A stretch of 64,000 bases of DNA from Octopus vulgaris (GCA_951406725.2 OX597824.1:38564001-38628000), one strand, 5' to 3'; numbered from the stretch's first letter, positions 11,691 to 27,394 are shown. Notes: generated from the sequence alone by a model not told the origin. Numbers and translations: made by a program.

Positions 11691-12616
11691 TGAAGTCTAT
11701 TTGCTGATGTGCTGCGGTGCAGCACATGTGAATCCCACAATTTATCACACACACGAGCGTGCGCGCACCCATACAAATAGGCTTTCCTCGTATTTTTTTT
11801 TTTTAATGATAACAGGCAGTTTCAAGTTGTGAGTACAAAGGTCACAGACATGACCTTTCAGTTGAATTACTGACATCCGTCCCCCATCCCCACTCCGCTC
11901 CTCGAACAATATATTACATAAAACTCACTTCATTCAGTTTAAACCTTGATTACACGGGGCGGGGAGGAAAGAAGAGGAGAAAAGAGGGAAGAGAAAGGAG
12001 GAATAAACGGAGGAGAAGGGCAACGGAGAAAGGAGGAAGAAAAAGAGGAGGAGGAGAAGGAGAAGGCGGAGGAGTAGAAAGGAGGAAAGTGAGGGGAGAC
12101 GGAAAGAGAGAGAGAGAGAGGAGAAGCAGCAGCAGTAGTAGAATTAGTAGAAGTAATAGCAGGAGTAGCAGCAGCTGTAGTAGTAGTAGTAGTAGTTGTG
12201 GTAGCGGTGGTGGTAGTAGTAGTAGTAGTTGTCCAGTAATCCGGATTCTTAAGAGAGAGAGAGAGTCGACTAAATCTGTTATACCGCGTTTTGTGTGATG
12301 AACCAAGAAATTTTTAATTATCAAAATTACGCTTGCAGAGAGGAAGATATATAACAAAAAAAAAAAAAGAAAAAATTAATTAGCGTAGCATTAATTAACT
12401 CTGGTCAAGTAGAATAACAAACCCGAAAAATTAATTGAAATAACATTAATTAAAATATAATGCGGTCGGTGTAACTGGTAGTGTTCTGTGAACTCTGACA
12501 GTTATAATTCTGAATTATAAAATGTAATGGAGGCCCTGTCCGAATCCACTCCTGTTCTTATATTCCTAAAATACCATTTTTTATTCTAATATATTTTTTA
12601 TTATAAATCCCACTAA

Positions 12617-13090
12617 GGCGGCGAGCTGGTAGAAACGTTAGTACGCGGGCGATATTTCGTCTGCCGTTTCGATCTGAGTTCAAATTCCGCCGAGGTCGAC
12701 TTTGCCTTTCATCCTTTCGGGGTCGATAAATTAAGTACCAGTTACGCACTGGGGTCGATATAATCGACTTAATCCATTTGTCTGTTCTTGTTTGTCCTTT
12801 CTGTGTTTAAAGAAATAGGTATTTCGTCTACCGCTATTCTGATTTCAAATTTCGCCAAGGTCGACTTTGCCTTTCATCCTTTCGGGGTCGATTAAATAAG
12901 TACCAGTTACGCACTGGGGTCGATATAATCGACTTAATCCGTTTGTCTGGCCTTGTTTGTCCTCTCTATGTTTAGCCCCTTGTGGGTAGTAAAGAAATAG
13001 GTATTTCGTCCGTCTTGGCGTTCTGATTTCAAATTCCGTCGAGGTCGACTTTGTCCCTCATCCTTTTGAGGTCGATAAAAAAAGTTCCAG
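12617..13090 (+). mobile_element. SINE family B head-to-tail trimer
   Basis: One full unit followed by two head-less units joined at AAGAAATAG|GTATTTCGTC (about 12819 and 13000). Confidence 0.9.
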
Positions 13091-13894
13091 TGGAACACTG
13101 CATTTAATGTGATCAACGTAAATTGATTACATTAAATTGCTGGCTTTGTGGTCAAACTTGGAACCAATATATTTTAATCATATATCTCATTAAGGTAGTG
13201 AGTTTCCAGAATCCATTAGCACGCCGGGCAAAATGCTTAGCGGCAATACGTTCAAATTTACGTTCAGAATTCAAATTCAAATGCTGCCGAAATCAACTTT
13301 ACTTTTCCTCCTTTCGGAGTTGATAAAATAATCACTTGAACAATGTGTGTGTGTGTGTGGGGGGGGGATGCAATCGAGCTCCCCCTCCCCAAATTGCTGG
13401 CCTTGTACCAAAGTGTGAAACCATTATTACTTAGAAACAGATGCATCAGGTTTCTCAGTTTTCCGTTTAGCATATCCACTCACAAAACCTTTGGTCGGCC
13501 CAGAACTATAGAACGCACTTACCCAAGTTGCCGTACTGTGGGACTGAAACCAACAACACATGGTTGCGAAGCAAATTTCTTAATCTATGTCACCTCACCC
13601 CCACCGCTCTTAAATTTCTAGGTAGATATTAACATCAAACGGTTATGATGAATGGATATCAGCCGTAGAGATAAACATCCCTATCTCAGAGGGACTCCCA
13701 AGGATTAAGGCGACTGTCCTTATCTTTGATTATATTATAAAAAATAAAAAAAATTAAGGCTACAACAAGCGCCTTAAAAAATTCTTTTTTTTTAAGTATT
13801 GGATTTCTCTGGAATTGGCTCTTTGCATGTGTGTGTGTGTATGTGTGTGTGTGTGTGTGTGTGTTTGTGTGTGTTTGTGTGTGTAAGTGAATTT

Positions 13895-14062
13895 GTGCCG
13901 TGGCTGTTACTACAAGGTTGCTTCCCAAACGCATGGTTCTGAGTTCAGTCCCACTGCATGACACCCTTCAGTAACTGTCTCCTACCATATCTTCTGACGG
14001 ATGCAAAGCCTTGTGAGTGGATTTGGTTGACATAAACTGAAAGAAGCTCGTCGTATGTTTGT

Positions 14063-14101
<39 letters not shown>

Positions 14102-14258
14102 TGTGTGTTCGTCCCCCACTACCATTTGACAACCGGCGTTCGTGTGTTTACGTCTCCGTAACTTAGCAGTCGATTCATTCGACAAAAATTTTCCAAGGCT
14201 GTGCCCCAGCATGGCTGCAGTCTGATGACTGAAACAAGTAAAAGATACAAGATAAAAG
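13895..14258 (+). mobile_element. SINE family A, diverged
   Basis: GAGTTCAGTCCCACTGC..AAAGCCTTGTGAGTGGATTTGG..GACTGAAACAAGTAAAAGA. Confidence 0.8.
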
Positions 14259-14272
14259 ACGCACACACACAC

Positions 14273-14377
<105 letters not shown>

Positions 14378-14534
14378 AACATAAAGCGTGATTCCTGACC
14401 CTTTGTGAAATTCTTGTGAAATTTCTGTACTTGCCGACGCTTTATTATGAATGTGTATGTATACTGAGTTCTAACACTAGGTTATTACAGTAAGGCTATG
14501 CGCATGTGAAATTCTAATATACCCCACACACAAA

Positions 14535-14584
<50 letters not shown>

Positions 14585-14716
14585 TGTTTGGTAAGTGCCT
14601 CTGATAGAAAATTTTCACTTTGGAGTATCTTCTACCGCTTACATAAAAATGCACGCGTGTATTTGTTTAAGTGTGTGTAAGTATATATGAGTGAGTGAAT
14701 GAGTGTGTGTGTGAAT

Positions 14717-14757
<41 letters not shown>

Positions 14758-15162
14758 TGTGTGTGTGTGTGTGTGTTGTGTGCGCGCGCGCATGTGTGTG
14801 TGGTTATACAAGTTACTATCCCTTGTTTTCTGTATCCATTTGGAACGACAGCATTGGCTGCTTCTCCACAATAGAACATCAAGGGTGCGAACTAGCAGAA
14901 TTGTTAGCGCACCGCACAAAATGCTTAGTGGCACTTCTTCCGGCTTTACGTTCTGATTTCAAATGCCGCTGAGGTCGACCTTGCTTTTCATCCTTCGGGC
15001 TTCTGGTATGACTGATTCCATCAGTCCAGAAGCCTGAGGAAGTCAAGCTCCCGCTAGTGGCCTGCGAAACTTGAAGCAGAACGAAACGAATCAAACTGTT
15101 TTAAATAACGCATGTAACGCCTAGTGTGTTCAGTACCCTTTTCTTTCGTTTGTCCACTCACT

Positions 15163-15202
<40 letters not shown>

Positions 15203-15208
15203 TATATA

Positions 15209-15644
15209 CTAGCAGTATAGCCCGGCGTTGCTTGGGTTTGTTTTTTAGTTGCGCTTAAAACCGCAGACTTTGATGTCGCGTTAACAAAGTTTTGACATAG
15301 TTTCGATCTTTTTTAAAAAGTAAAAATTTTGCATTATGTAGCTTGTTATTCTCTTTAAGTGAACATTTTTCTGGTTGAAAGACACCGAAAAATGGCGACA
15401 CAGCAGTCAAAAAATCGTAAAAAATAGGGATTTTCATAGAAAAATAGCACCTTTTTGATGTAAATAATTTTTGGTCTTAACATGGTTTGATTTGAATTTT
15501 TTTCTTCTACGTAATGAAGATTAAGCCTTTTATCAAACTTTCAATTTTTGTCAACTTGCACCGCAAGGTCTCGGAGGAGATAGTGTTCGTTGAAGGCTAC
15601 CAAACCTGCCGTACACACACAGACTTCAGCTTTATATGTATAGA
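15209..15644 (-). mobile_element. Non-autonomous Helitron-like element (family shared with 23697)
   Basis: Minus strand starts TCTATACATATAAAGCTGAA and ends with a GC-rich hairpin plus CTAG in a TA-rich site. Body nearly identical to 23697-24089. Confidence 0.75.
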
Positions 15645-16919
15645 TATATATCTTTAGTTGAAATTTACATAAAAAAAAAGACGAAGGCAGGTGTATAAAC
15701 AACAAGAAAGTGTATTAGTTTGACGTTCGGGAAAGTGAAAAAGTCTATTACGTTTCGACCCTACGCTTTTCAACAGAAAGAAATACGAGGAAATAAACAG
15801 AGAGAGAATAATAAAAAAAAAACTTGTGGATTTAGCGATCAATCATGGCGAGATTATATCCAAAAGTTAAAGGAATGGAGTAGATAAAATCCGGACTATA
15901 TGTGTTTCATAGCAAGCGGAACCTCGAAGTGGTAAATATCTACGCAGGTCAAAGGTATCTTGATTAAATGAAGTTAACATTGTCAATCAGAACCCTCCGT
16001 GTGTTAACATTATAACTTTCTTGAATCAGAGTTCACTCTTTCGTACATTTAAAAGAAAATTGATCTTTTAATTCTTAAAATTTTATTTATTTACGCGCTG
16101 CATATTCATAAGAAGGAGAATATAACGAGGAGACGTGGTAGCTTTTCTTCATTTTTTTGTAAGATGTGAAACGATAAATGTTGTTAACCAGACGGTTAAG
16201 AAGTTCGCTTGCAATGAGGAAGTTCCAGGTTCGGTCTCACAATGTGGCATTTTGGGTAACTGCATTTTTATCAAGGCCTCGGTTACTCACAATCCTTATG
16301 AATGAAATTTGAGTTGGCGGAAACTGTACAAAATCTCTCGTTGAATGGATTATACTTGTAATTCGAATAAAACAGCCGTGTCGAGAATTACAATAAGTGC
16401 ATTCATGATTGCGGATTACTCAGTCATCTGCATACTATTCTAATCCAACGAGTTTGCTATTCTGTTGATCGAACAACTGATTTATTCATCGCTGAAAGTG
16501 GTGGAGAACCATTTCTCGACGTATAGCCCGCTACCACCTCCATAGCAGAACTATAATTATGACCAAATGTGTTCCAGTCGTGAGCATCTCATTTATTTTA
16601 CCAGACATAATGCATCCGGGATTACATTTTTCAACATCTCCTAAAATGGGAAACATACAGGTTAGTTAGCATGCCGGATAAAATGCTTAACAGCATTTCT
16701 TCTGGCTTTATATTCTGAATAATTCAAAATTTCCAGTGGTCGATTTTACATTTCATCGTTTTGGGGTCGTTAACATAAAGTACCAGTCGAAAATTTACTG
16801 GTCTTGTACCCTTTGGGTTCGATAACGTAAAGCGTCAGTCAAAATTGTTGGCTGTGTGCCAAAATTTGGTAGATTTAATATATCTAGTGCCGTTTTTAAA
16901 GATAACTGAAATTGGTAAA

Positions 16920-17340
16920 GATGCTATCTTCAAGTCGGTTTTAGTGCTTATCTTCAACTATTGTCATGAGTGTTGGATAATGACCGAAAACGTGCGATCG
17001 CGAATGCAAGTGGCCGAAATGGGTTTTTCCAAAGGATCACTGGAGTAACGTTACACGACAGGGTGCGAAGTTCGGAAATCAGTATGTCTCCAGATCGATC
17101 CGCTACTTCTCCGCATTGAGAAGTCACAGTTCCAGTTCTACAGGCATGTGATTAGAATGTAGCAGGAGAGAATCGCAAGACGGATTCTTGAAGATGAACC
17201 AACCGACAGGAGACCAAGAACGAGATGGTTGTATAATATTCATAGTCTCGGTAGGTCATGTTTAGGAATCCAGCCGGTAAGTCTAACGACGGTTGCTACT
17301 ATTAGGACCCCATGAAGGTGGTATCACAGGAGAAGCTAGG
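16920..17340 (+). pseudogene. RTE-clade LINE 3' coding remnant
   Basis: IFKSVLVLIFNYCHECWIMTENVRSRMQVAEMGF / ITGVTLHDRVRSSEI / LLLRIEKSQFQFYRHVIRM / RRPRTRW resembles the RTE post-RT region. Confidence 0.7.
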
Positions 17341-18438
17341 AGGAGGATGGAGGACGTGATGTGTAGGACATTTTATATCTAACCCTTTAAGTTCGGGCAT
17401 AAATAGCAAGTCTATTCATGCGGGACGCAAATAAAGAAGAAAATACAAGGTGATAATCAATCAAATAGCTTATAATGCAAATGTGACGAATAGCTTATAA
17501 TGCATGTTGTGTCAATAAACCACACTCATCCTAAAAAGGGTTAACTATTCTAAGGGGGTGAGCTGGCTGAATCGTTAACATGCCGGACAAAATGCTTTGC
17601 GGCGTTTCTTCCGTCTTTACGTTCTGATTTAAAATTCCGCCGAGGTCGATTTTGCCGGTCATCCTTTCGGGATCGACAAATTAAGTACTAGTGAAACACT
17701 AGAGTTTAGGAGCCGGAATCGAAACCGAATATCATCCATTGCTGAGTGCATCGCGGTACCATCACGTCCCATTTATCTCTACAGAGCTCAAAACTTTATT
17801 TCAATTAATATCTAGACAACAACATTGGTCTCATTGAAAAATCTCCATTCTTGTGTTCTTTAAAAGTTTGTCTGACAGCAAATTGTTGCCGTTTTTTGTA
17901 ATTAAGATGGCGGTTCGATTTTGTTGTTGTTGTTGCTGAGACATCACAGATTTAAAAATTATAATGTCTTTTCATGTTTGTTGATATTGCTTTATAAACA
18001 TCTCCCTCTCTCTACTTTTCCTCTCTCTTTCCCCTACCCTTTTTCTTTCTCCTCCTCCTCCTCCTCCTCCTCCTCCTCCTCCTTATTTCCCTCCCTTTTA
18101 TTAGAGTCTCTTATTCTGTTTCGTCAGCCATATTGTTGATGTACCATTTAACAGTGTGCCGCTCTCATTTCCTCTCTCTTCCTCCTCTCTCTCTTTCTCC
18201 TCTCTCCCTCCCTCTCCCTCTTTCACACTCTCTCTGTCTCTCGCTGTCTCCATTTTTCTATCCTCCTCTTTTTTTAAAAACTTTTCCTTACTCCCAATTC
18301 TTTTCCCTGTCTATCATTTTCGGTCTCTCCACCCCCCTCTCTCTCTCTCTCTCTTTCTGTATCTCTGTTAAAATTTTCCATTTAATCATCCTTTTACCAA
18401 CTATCACTCCCACTCTTGAATGTGTATTTTTATTTCCG

Positions 18439-18500
<62 letters not shown>

Positions 18501-18636
18501 GCTTTTCCTTGTACTCAGTTCTATTCTTCCCCAAGTATCTTTTTCAACGTCTGTCACTCTACCTATCCGGCTCCCTTTCTCTTACTCTCCCCGCCATTCA
18601 CAACCACTCCTTTTTCTGTCAGTCTGTTCTCCTCAC

Positions 18637-18681
<45 letters not shown>

Positions 18682-18984
18682 GTTTTCTCCTTTTCTTCTC
18701 CATCTATTATTTTCCCTGTCTGTCTCTGCCTGTCTCTTACTCTCCTTACTCTCATTGCCTGTCTCAAACTCTTCCCTACTCTCTCTGTCTGTCTGTCTCT
18801 CTATCTGTTTTTCTATCTCTCTCTCTCTCTCTCTCTTTCTCACGAACAGACACACTCTCTTACACCGTTCAGTCTCACTTTCTCCTTCACAATCACTTTC
18901 ATAATCATTTCTCGTTCTTTCTTTTCGTTGGAGCTATTATAATAAATACTCCTTAGTTATTATATATTTAAAAAAAAACACTCC

Positions 18985-19572
18985 CCCTCTCTTTCTCTCT
19001 CTCATTCTCTTCTCTCTCTCATTCTCTTTCTCTCTCTCATTCTCTTTCTCTCTCCCTCTCTTTCTCTCTCCCTCTCTTTCTCTCTCTCATTCTTTTTCTC
19101 TCTCTCATTCTCTTTCTCTCTCCCTCTCTTTCTCTCTCTCATTCTCATTCTCTCTCTCCCTCTCTTTCTCTCTCATTCTCTTTCTCTCTCCCCTCTTTCT
19201 CTCTCTCATTCTCTTTCTTTCTCTCATTCTCTTCTCTCTCTCCCTCTCTTTCTCTCTCTCATTCTCTTTCTCTCTCTCATTCTCTTTCTCTCTCTCATTC
19301 TCTTTCTCTCTCCCTCTCTTTCTCTCTCTCATTCTCTTTCTCTCTCTCATTCTCTTTCTCTCTCTCATTCTCTTTCTCTCTCTCATTCTCTTTCTCTCTC
19401 TCATTCTCTTTCTCTCTCCCTCTCTTTCTCTCTCTCATTCTCTTTCTCTCTCTCATTCTCTTTCTCTCTCTTTCTCTTTCTCTCTCCCTCTCTTTCTCTC
19501 TCATTCTCTTTCTCTCTCCCTCTCTTTCTCTCTCATTCTCTTTCTCTCTCCCTCTCTTTCTCTCTCTCTCTC
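18985..19572. repeat. Polypyrimidine minisatellite (~18-bp unit, e.g. TCTCTCTCTCATTCTCTT) in a CT-rich block from about 18000 to 19600
   Basis: Direct reading. It produces the MRERKR and EKENER artefact ORFs. Confidence 0.95.
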
Positions 19573-19883
19573 ACCATACACACACCTCTCCTATCTCAAT
19601 CACATCTTTGCTTTACATATCCTTCTTCCGCGTTTACTCTATTACTCTCTCTCGCATATACTATCAATCTCTTCTGCCTCTACTCACCCCCGCTGCCTTA
19701 TTTTCCATCTCCTCTTCATTGTCATCACATTTATTTCCTACTACCTCACTCACTCTCCTCCCACTACTTATACTTTTTCTCACGATCATTCATTTTCATC
19801 TCTTATCTTCTCACTTCCGCTTCTTTCGTCTGCCGCATCTCCTTTCCACTCTTCGCTTCTCCACAATTGGGCCTCCTGCTTTA

Positions 19884-22670
<2,787 letters not shown>

Positions 22671-22907
22671 TTAAAAAAAAGTTTAGTCGTCGCTCATAGG
22701 CGAGTACGAAATTATGAATTCTACCTTGCTGTTGCTTGTTGTTTTGGGTACCTATAGGGGTAGCAAGAGATTGATATCTTACGTATGATTGCATGCCTAT
22801 AGGTTTAAAAAGACCTGAAGATCATGACTGGATCGTCTTTGATGAAAAGTTTGCTCGATCAGGATGACCCAGGGCTAAGCATCAAAACCACCATCTCACG
22901 CATTATA

Positions 22908-23139
22908 AGGCGGCGAGCTGGCAGAACCGTTAGCACGCTGGGCGAAATGCGTAGCCGTATTTCGTCTGCCGTTACGTTCTGAGTTCAAATTTCGCCGAGG
23001 TCGACTTTGCCTTTCATCATTTTGGGGTCGATAAATTAAGTACCAGTTACGCACTGAGGTCGATGTAATCGACTTAATCCGTTTGTCTGTCCTTGTTTGT
23101 CCCCTCTATGTTTCGCCCCTTGTGGGTAATAAAGAAATA
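22908..23139 (+). mobile_element. SINE family B monomer (tail type 1) with 16-bp TSD
   Basis: CATCTCACGCATTATA at 22892-22907 and 23140-23155. Confidence 0.92.
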
Positions 23140-23696
23140 CATCTCACGCATTATACTACATCTCAACAACGTTCAACAATGTACCTACCATATCTCACAC
23201 TAGGGTGTATATTTCAGCCCTGAATATAGGGTTGATTTCTTCAATGTAGTATTTGTAATAACCCTTAACTTTCAGAGGAGGTAGAGTGAAATAGACGAGC
23301 AACATCAGTTCACATATTGGTTTTATATTAAAATTCCAGTGCAAAAAATTAAATACCGAATTTGCTCATAAATATAACAGCAGAGTAATTTGACGCTAAT
23401 GAGGAATATATAACGATTTCAAAATTGCATTACTTTTTCCCGGTTTTAATAATTTACATATTCTGAGAAAAAGTGAAGTTGGAATTTGCTACAGTCGCTG
23501 TTTTTAAATGATTAGTAGGAAAAATGTCAGTACTCTTACCCTTTTTCAAAGTTTCTATGATTTAAGTGCGCCTTCTGGGATAAGTCTGGATTTTTCATTA
23601 GAAAAAGAACAGCGTTTTCGTTTATTATATAATGTATTTATGTTCGTAACTTTTAAAATCACTTTATAACTTTATTCCATATATTAATATTTACAA

Positions 23697-24089
23697 CTAG
23701 CAGTATCACCCGGCGTTGCTCGGGTTTGTTTCCACCCTTTAGAATTGGAATTTTTGAAAAGTAAAAATTTTGCATTATGTAGCTTGTTATTCTCTTTAAG
23801 TGAACATTTTTCTGGTTGAAATATACCGAAAAATGGCGACACAGCACTCGAAAAATCGTAAAAAATAGGGATTTTCATAGGAAAAAAGCACCTTTTTCAT
23901 GTAAATAATTTTTGGTGTTAACATGGTCCGATTTGAATTTTATCTTCTACGGAATGAAGAGCAAGCCTTCTTCTATCATGTTCTCAATTTTGGTCAACTT
24001 GCGCTGCAGGGTCTTGGAAGAGATAGTGTTAGTTGAAGGCTACCAAACCTGCCATACACAGACAATTCAGCTTTATATATATATATAGA
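23697..24089 (-). mobile_element. Non-autonomous Helitron-like element, second copy
   Basis: CTAG at 23697 followed by CCCGGCGTTGCTCGGG; other end CAGCTTTATATATATATATAGA. Confidence 0.75.
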
Positions 24090-24520
24090 TTACGCTTTAG
24101 CACGCTGGTCATAACGCTTAGCGGCATTTCGCCCGCCTTTACGTTCTGAGTTCGAATTCCACCGAGGTCACCTTCACCTTTCATCCTTTCAAGGCCGAGG
24201 ACTTACCCCTCCACGGAAATTGCTGGCCTTGTGCCAAAATTTGAGATTATATTTATAATTACACTTTTACAATAACAGTATTTATACTTGCCTTATTTGC
24301 AAAATTTTCTTTAATGCGGTTCTTCTAGATTGCACTTGATTTGTGTAAATTATACATTTGATATGACACTCAAATGCTTAATATGAAAATGCTTTTACGT
24401 GAATTCTAAAGTGTTGCAAATGTACAAATAGATCTGGTTACAGATTAAAGTACCCATGGCTCGCATGTCAATACCGTAATTACACAGCATGTGTTGTATA
24501 TATATTCTATATACTGTAAT

Positions 24521-24927
24521 GTAATATAATTGTCCATCGTTGTCGACAATGATCCAGGATATCACATGGGAGAAAACAGATAGGGCATGGCCTGTGTGGC
24601 TGTGGCCGATCAGTCCAACGCTTGCACGGAAGAATCTGCTGCAGGTCCGGCACCAGTAGCCTACTAGGAATGAAGGCTAGAATTTTTATCCGGATATGCT
24701 CACATCACAGGACTTGAAATGGCATGGCACCAGGCTCTGACTCAATCCCAGCTGAAATATACACGGCAGTGTGGTAGTGGTGGTGGGAAGCAGTCTTGGT
24801 ACAAAAGCTCACCAACCTCTTTCGGACCATGTGGAAACAGGAAATTGTTCCTCAAGAGATCGAGATTTCTATTGTCCATCTCTACAAGAGAAAGGGAAAA
24901 AGCAGTCCTATGACAACTATCAAGGAA
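24521..24927 (-). mobile_element. Short RTE-clade LINE insertion with an inverted 5' segment and 13-bp TSD
   Basis: Minus strand carries the C-terminal zinc finger CRTCSRFFRASVGLIGHSH plus 3' end. Plus strand carries the RT-proximal peptide APGSDSIPAEIY..KLTNLFRTMWKQEIVPQE..IVHLYKRKG..DNYQGI. TATATACTGTAAT occurs at 24508-24520 and 24928-24940. Confidence 0.75.
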
Positions 24928-25215
24928 TATATACTGTAATATATTTAAAGAACGTATAATGTCTACGCCTACATTGATATTAAAATATAGTTTTGATGCT
25001 TACATATAGCAGTATATACCGTATTGATAATATGCTCTATGGGCAATATAATAACTGTGTGTGACGGGTGGCCAGACCAGTCATTACACACATAGCCATA
25101 TGGATTTTAATTCAATTTTATTGATCGCCTCATACAGGAAAACGTCATTCATAAATTATGATAACTAAATACCTATCATAGTTTCTATGTTTACATTATT
25201 GCATAGAAGTATATA

Positions 25216-25773
25216 CAGGGTGTCCATAAAGTCCCTTTACAACTAAAAAAATTATTACAAAGGCAGTTGATGAGATATTTTAACCAGATTTCTTTTATTT
25301 TAATAATTGTTTATTAAAGTTTTTATTGATATTAAATTTTTATGTTTCAGATACTCTGTTGATGGAAAGGAACTGATTCACTGAACCCCTATAAAATGGC
25401 TACTCCTCATGAAAAGGCACAATGTGTATCCTGGTTTATTGAGACAAATGTCCCTCCATTGGACTTCTTTTTATGGGGTTATGCAAAAGATATGTATTGA
25501 ACAAAGATACAGGACATTGCTGACTTGAAGCAAAGGATTCGTAATGATATTGCCACCGTTGATGAGGTTATTCTACAGCGAACATGGCAAAAAATCGAGT
25601 ACCGTCTTGATGTGCTTCGCGCAACTAATGGTGCCCATATTGAGGTCTATTAAATAACAGTTAAAAATCTTTAATAAACAATTATAACAATAAAACAAAT
25701 CTGGTTAGGATATCTTGTCAACTGCCTTTGTAATAAAATTTCAAAATTGTAAAGAGACTTTATGGACATTCTG
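25216..25773 (+). mobile_element. Internally deleted Tc1/mariner-superfamily element (MITE-like) with long TIRs and TA TSD
   Basis: TA|CAGGGTGTCCATAAAGTCCCTTTACAA ... TTGTAAAGAGACTTTATGGACATTCTG|TA. Inside, MATPHEKAQCVSWFIET is fused to PLDFFLWGYAKD..DLKQRIRNDI..YRLDVLRATNGAHIEVY*. Confidence 0.88.
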
Positions 25774-26124
25774 TACAATATTGGTACAATATTCTGTACA
25801 ATATTCTATGCGCAATATACTGATGGTGTGTGACACATATTAAGACAAGATCTAACACATGGCCACGTGAATTTCATTACAGTTTAACTGATCGCCTCGT
25901 ATAGGAAGACATCGCTCATTAATTATTATAATTAAGTACTTATCATAATTCTATGTCTATATTATGCTTAAGTAAATAAAGAAATATAAACAGCTATTGG
26001 TATGAAGAAATAAATGTGGTACGGTCTTATAGGGTTAGTATAACACAAAATACACAGAGTTTGCATGTATCCTAAATACTCAGCATTCCGTTAATATAAT
26101 TTGTAAGAGCGATAACAAAATACA

Positions 26125-26832
26125 ATTAGCATCTATTCCATCTCACTCACAGGTTTTTTAATTAATGTTTTTTTTAACTAAACAGTTTGAAACTTCGAGA
26201 ACTAAATGTCACCACTCTGTTCGAAGAATCGCAGCTAACTTTTTGTTCTTGACGTATATGTAGTTTTAAAATGCCTTATTTTACAACTATGAGATGCATT
26301 GTTATTGTTATGATTTTATCTTACTATGATCAACAACAAATACATTTCGTCAATATAAAAGTCTTTATTAGATAAAACATAATATTATCAAAACATGAAG
26401 GCAAAACAAAACAAATAGCGGCTTATACCCAGGAAAATACGGTAATTGTAGTGGCAGTAACAAGTTCGCTCGCTGGTTGCTAATTGATAGTGTAGAAAGG
26501 AGAGGAAAGAGTAAGGAATGCACAGAGCTGACTAGAAAGGAAGAAACGAAGAAAGGTGGTTCGCTCGCCATACGAATAGAACAGAGTGGTGACATTTAGT
26601 AGAGATGACCCGGAAGCTTTCTTCAACCGAATATACTCCGATGATTGGTAGAAATTACCCAAATACGACAACTTTAAAATGAAATAATTTCTAAAATACC
26701 AAATTTTGTCAAAAACGTTCAGAGTAAGCCGTGTTCTACGTGAGAAATTTTATCAGTATTCGAAGTTTCAAACTGTTTATTTGAAATAATTAATTAAAAA
26801 ATCTGTGATTGAGATGGAATAGATCCTACAAT
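26125..26832. mobile_element. MITE-like element with ~75-bp imperfect terminal inverted repeats
   Basis: ATCTATTCCATCTCA.TCACAG.TTTTT..AAACAGTTTGAAACTTCGA on the left mirrors TCGAAGTTTCAAACTGTTT..CTGTGATTGAGATGGAATAGAT on the right. A second inverted pair AAATGTCACCACTCTGTTC lies inside. Confidence 0.7.
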
Positions 26833-27394
26833 TTTTTTAAATATTATCTTCAGTTACTCACTTTTATGTTTTACATTTCAAAACCCGCTTGACATTGGTT
26901 GTTGTCAATAAAATAAGCGGCAGTAATATGCGGTCACCAATCAACTGTAAATCTACCTCTTCAAATATAACATTTTGGTCTTAAGACAGGCGTCAAAATA
27001 CCAATATTTCTAATTTGTCACCAGCATAGTGTTAAACTGTAAGACTTTCACAGTAATTTGGTTAACTCCCTGGTTTAGTTTCAATTCCATGTTGAAATAT
27101 ATAGAATTTCATTTATGTCCCTAAGGATTTTAAGCAAGACATAAACATCACAAATTCCCATATATCTCTTTCTTTCTCTTTCTTTCTTCAAATATATTGG
27201 TTTGTTTTCTTTATAGGAAAGTAAAACCTTCTTTATTTCAGATACATTAATTACCCGAACTGTTAATCTCTTATTTCATTTATGCTTGTATTTAATTACA
27301 AGACATTCTGATAACCTCTGATTAACTTCTGATGACCATCTTAATTACAGATAGATACATGCATAGAGAAGATAGCGAAAAAGAGGAAACAGCA

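Noticed and set aside
18133-19572. Long Leu/Ser-rich and RE-rich ORFs
   Set aside because: Artefacts of stop-free CT repeats.
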